Below are positions 61,567 through 64,000 of a stretch of 64,000 nucleotides of DNA, one piece after another. The notes under the pieces are model-generated. The model was not told where the DNA came from, searched no databases, and worked only from the letters and a program-made list of their open reading frames with translations. The translations under genes were made by a program, and so were the position numbers. Positions within the stretch are counted from its first letter, which is position 1. Each line of letters opens with the position of its first letter. Source of the stretch: Mobula hypostoma (Eukaryota). The DNA lies in NCBI RefSeq assembly GCF_963921235.1, contig NC_086097.1:9176001-9240000 (forward strand), written 5' to 3'.

Positions 61567-62542
61567 CACCTCTTCCTGCAGATGCTGCCTGGCCTGCTGC
61601 GTTCACCAGCAACTTTGATATGTGTTATATTCAAACACCCAATGTGCAGAGACAGAAAAAAAATGAATCATGCAGACAATAAAAAGTCAGCAAATAGCAT
61701 TCAGAGTGAAAGCGAGTCCACAAGCACAGAACCCGGAGAAGCTGGAACAGGCCACAGTCTCAGCCTCAATTCAGCGCAGAACCAAGTACGCATTGTGGAG
61801 CAGCAAGAGGAACCAGCCAGATCCTAGCCTCTGGTCCTGACACCCTGCATTTTCAATCCATCGTGACCGGCATTTAAATCATCCAAACAGTGGGTCATAC
61901 CTGGCTTTAGGACCCAGGCCCTGTTGCATTGGTATGCTCTGGGCCTGCACCCCGCTGCCACACTTCAACCCAAAACCAACGTTTCCAAAGCGGCCTGGTG
62001 CTTAGATCGATCAGAGCCTGCCCTCGGTTTAGGTGCATGGGCCCCGAATCTGCTTCTCCTTTAATAATTTAATTATTATGTTAAGTTAGAGTGAAAAAAA
62101 CAACCATAAAAAAAATAGTGAGGTAGTGTATATGAGTTTATTGCCCATTCAGAAATCTGATGGTGGAGAGGAAGAAGTTGTTCCTGAAACATTGAGTGTG
62201 TGTCTTCAGGATCCTTGATGTTAGATAAGAGAAGAGGGCATGAAAGCATAGGTAAATATGTTGTTGTATAAGTTATGTATAACCTTTGCTAATTTAAGTT
62301 TAAGTGAACTTCACTTCGTAATGTACTGTGTTGTTGTTAAAGGTTAATTTCTGAGGTATTTATACTCTAGGAACGTATGCCTATGACATTAAATCTGAAA
62401 AACAGTGGAGCTGATCTAGCAGCCTAGCTAGTGATTATTCTTTAACATCAGGGATTGGCTTATTTCTGATTCAGGAGCTATTCTGTGTAAATTTTTTGCC
62501 ATTTTTTCCTACATTATAACAATGGATCCCTTTTTAAAAAAT

Positions 62543-62797
62543 TATTTAGCAATATAGTGCAGAATAGGCACCCCGATTTAACGCTAACCTAATCACAGGA
62601 CATTTTACAATGACAAATTAACCTACTAACCTGTATGTCTTTGGACTGTGGGAGGAATCTGGACACCCAGGAAAAACGCACACTTTCCCCTGGGAGGATA
62701 TACAGACTGCTTTCAGATGACGTCAGAATCGAACTCCAAACTCCAGCACCCCAAGGTATAATAGCAGCATGCTAACCACAATGCCACCCTGATGCCC
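62543..62797 (-). mobile_element. HE1/V-type SINE
   Basis: gtctttggactgtgggaggaatctggacacccagg. Confidence 0.7.
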
Positions 62798-63149
62798 ATA
62801 CTGTTCCAATGTGGGTCACTGGCTATGAGACACTCTGAAAGGAGGTCAAAAATTACAACTTAAATAAATCTCACGGTCTTGGGATGTTCCAAAACACTGT
62901 AGAGCGAACAATGTTCATTTGCAGTATGAATCCTTTTGGAATGTCAAAGTGACAGGAGCCAATATGTGCACAGCAAGTTTTCACTATCAACTCCGCCATG
63001 GATTATCCTAAGCCTGGCTGTGGAAGAAGAACAATTGGGCATGAGGCTAGCAAACACATCCCATAAAATCTCAGAGATAAAGAAATGCCAACAGAAGCTA
63101 CCTTAGCCCTGGGAGAATGAGGAACTTCGCCTGGAAGGCTTCTGTGGTG

Positions 63150-63552
63150 GCAGAGAGGAGAGATCTGTGAAAGGTTTATAAGATTATGAGAGGGATGGAT
63201 AGAGTAGAGAGGGAGTATCTTTTTTGCAGGGTAGAAATACCTAATACCGGAGGACATGTATTTAAGGTGTGAGGGGGTAATTTCAAAGGAGCTGTACAGG
63301 CAACTTTTCTACACAGAGAGTGGTGGGTGCCTGGAATGTGCTGTCTGGTGTGGTAGCAGAAGCAGATACACTTGGGACCTTTAAGAGACCTTTAGATAGG
63401 CACATGAATATGAAGAAGATGGAGAGATATGGACATTCTGTAGGGAGCAGGGGTTAGTTTTTGAGGGTATTTGATTTACTTTTTAGTTGGTGCGGCATAA
63501 TAGTGGGCTGAAGGGCATGTTTCTGTGCTGTACTATTCAACGTTCTATGTCC
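63150..63552 (+). mobile_element. CR1 3' end
   Basis: gagaggagatctg...ggtttataagattatgagagg...acacagagagtggtgggtgcctggaatg. Confidence 0.8.
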
Positions 63553-64000
63553 TAAGTTGTATGAAGTCGTGTAATGAAAGCTGAAGCCAAAAGACCGATC
63601 AATCTTCAATCGACCCAGGATAGAGGACTCTGGCGAGATGTTGTCAGTTGTTGCCCGAGTACGGCTAACGGGCTTAAGAAGAAAAAGAAAGTTTCACAAT
63701 TAGCAACACGATAATGATCAGATAATTGAAACAAGTTAGAGCTACAGTGGTTTGATGCTGAGCTGGCAGACTCTGCTCCGATTAATATCACAGATACATT
63801 GGCAAACTAATGGATATACTTGCCGTTATTATTTTATTTGTCCTAATGATCTAATGCTTCTCCATAACAAAATCTCTGCCCCAATTGACGCTTTTAAGTA
63901 TGGTGGTCAGTCTTCAAAATGTCTCCATCTCTTTAATGGCAGATTACTGTACTTTCTCAGCTTTCACAGTTTAGGACTTTAATCCCTGGAGCGTAGGAGA

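Larger units (their letters stand above)
60546..61626. mobile_element. Young fold-back Penelope insertion: inverted tail (60546-60922, minus) + GIY-YIG domain and tail (60923-61626, plus), 16-bp TSD
   Basis: TSD atattcaaacacccaa (60530-60545 / 61627-61642); GVMYCVRSSRCGLLYIGET...GMNIDFSNFH*. Confidence 0.95.

Overview
Eukaryotic, repeat-dense, apparently intronic or intergenic DNA. It is most likely from a cartilaginous fish (inferred from abundant HE1/V-type SINEs and CR1 LINEs). I found no host protein-coding exon I can support; every recognisable ORF is transposon-derived. Contents: (1) a young 5'-truncated Penelope-like element (RT + Cys-rich linker + GIY-YIG, one frameshift, perfect 15-bp TSD) and more than 15 short derivatives of its 3' end; most carry a minimal type-I hammerhead ribozyme (several with intact cores), and many are fold-back (inverted-arm) insertions; (2) a second, unrelated Penelope family with its own degenerate hammerhead; (3) many CR1 fragments, including nested insertions with TSDs; (4) Rex/Babar, RTE, L1, Tx1, L2 and an R4/Dong fragment sitting in a (TAA)n tract; (5) several tRNA-headed SINEs and RTE-derived non-autonomous elements that share 3' tails; (6) three probable solo LTRs, a hAT (Buster/Charlie-type) deletion derivative and a double-palindromic mariner MITE; (7) a candidate CTCF site with upstream motif and a chimeric 157-bp tandem repeat. 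Family assignments come from motif recognition by eye, not database searches. Boundaries without TSDs are approximate.
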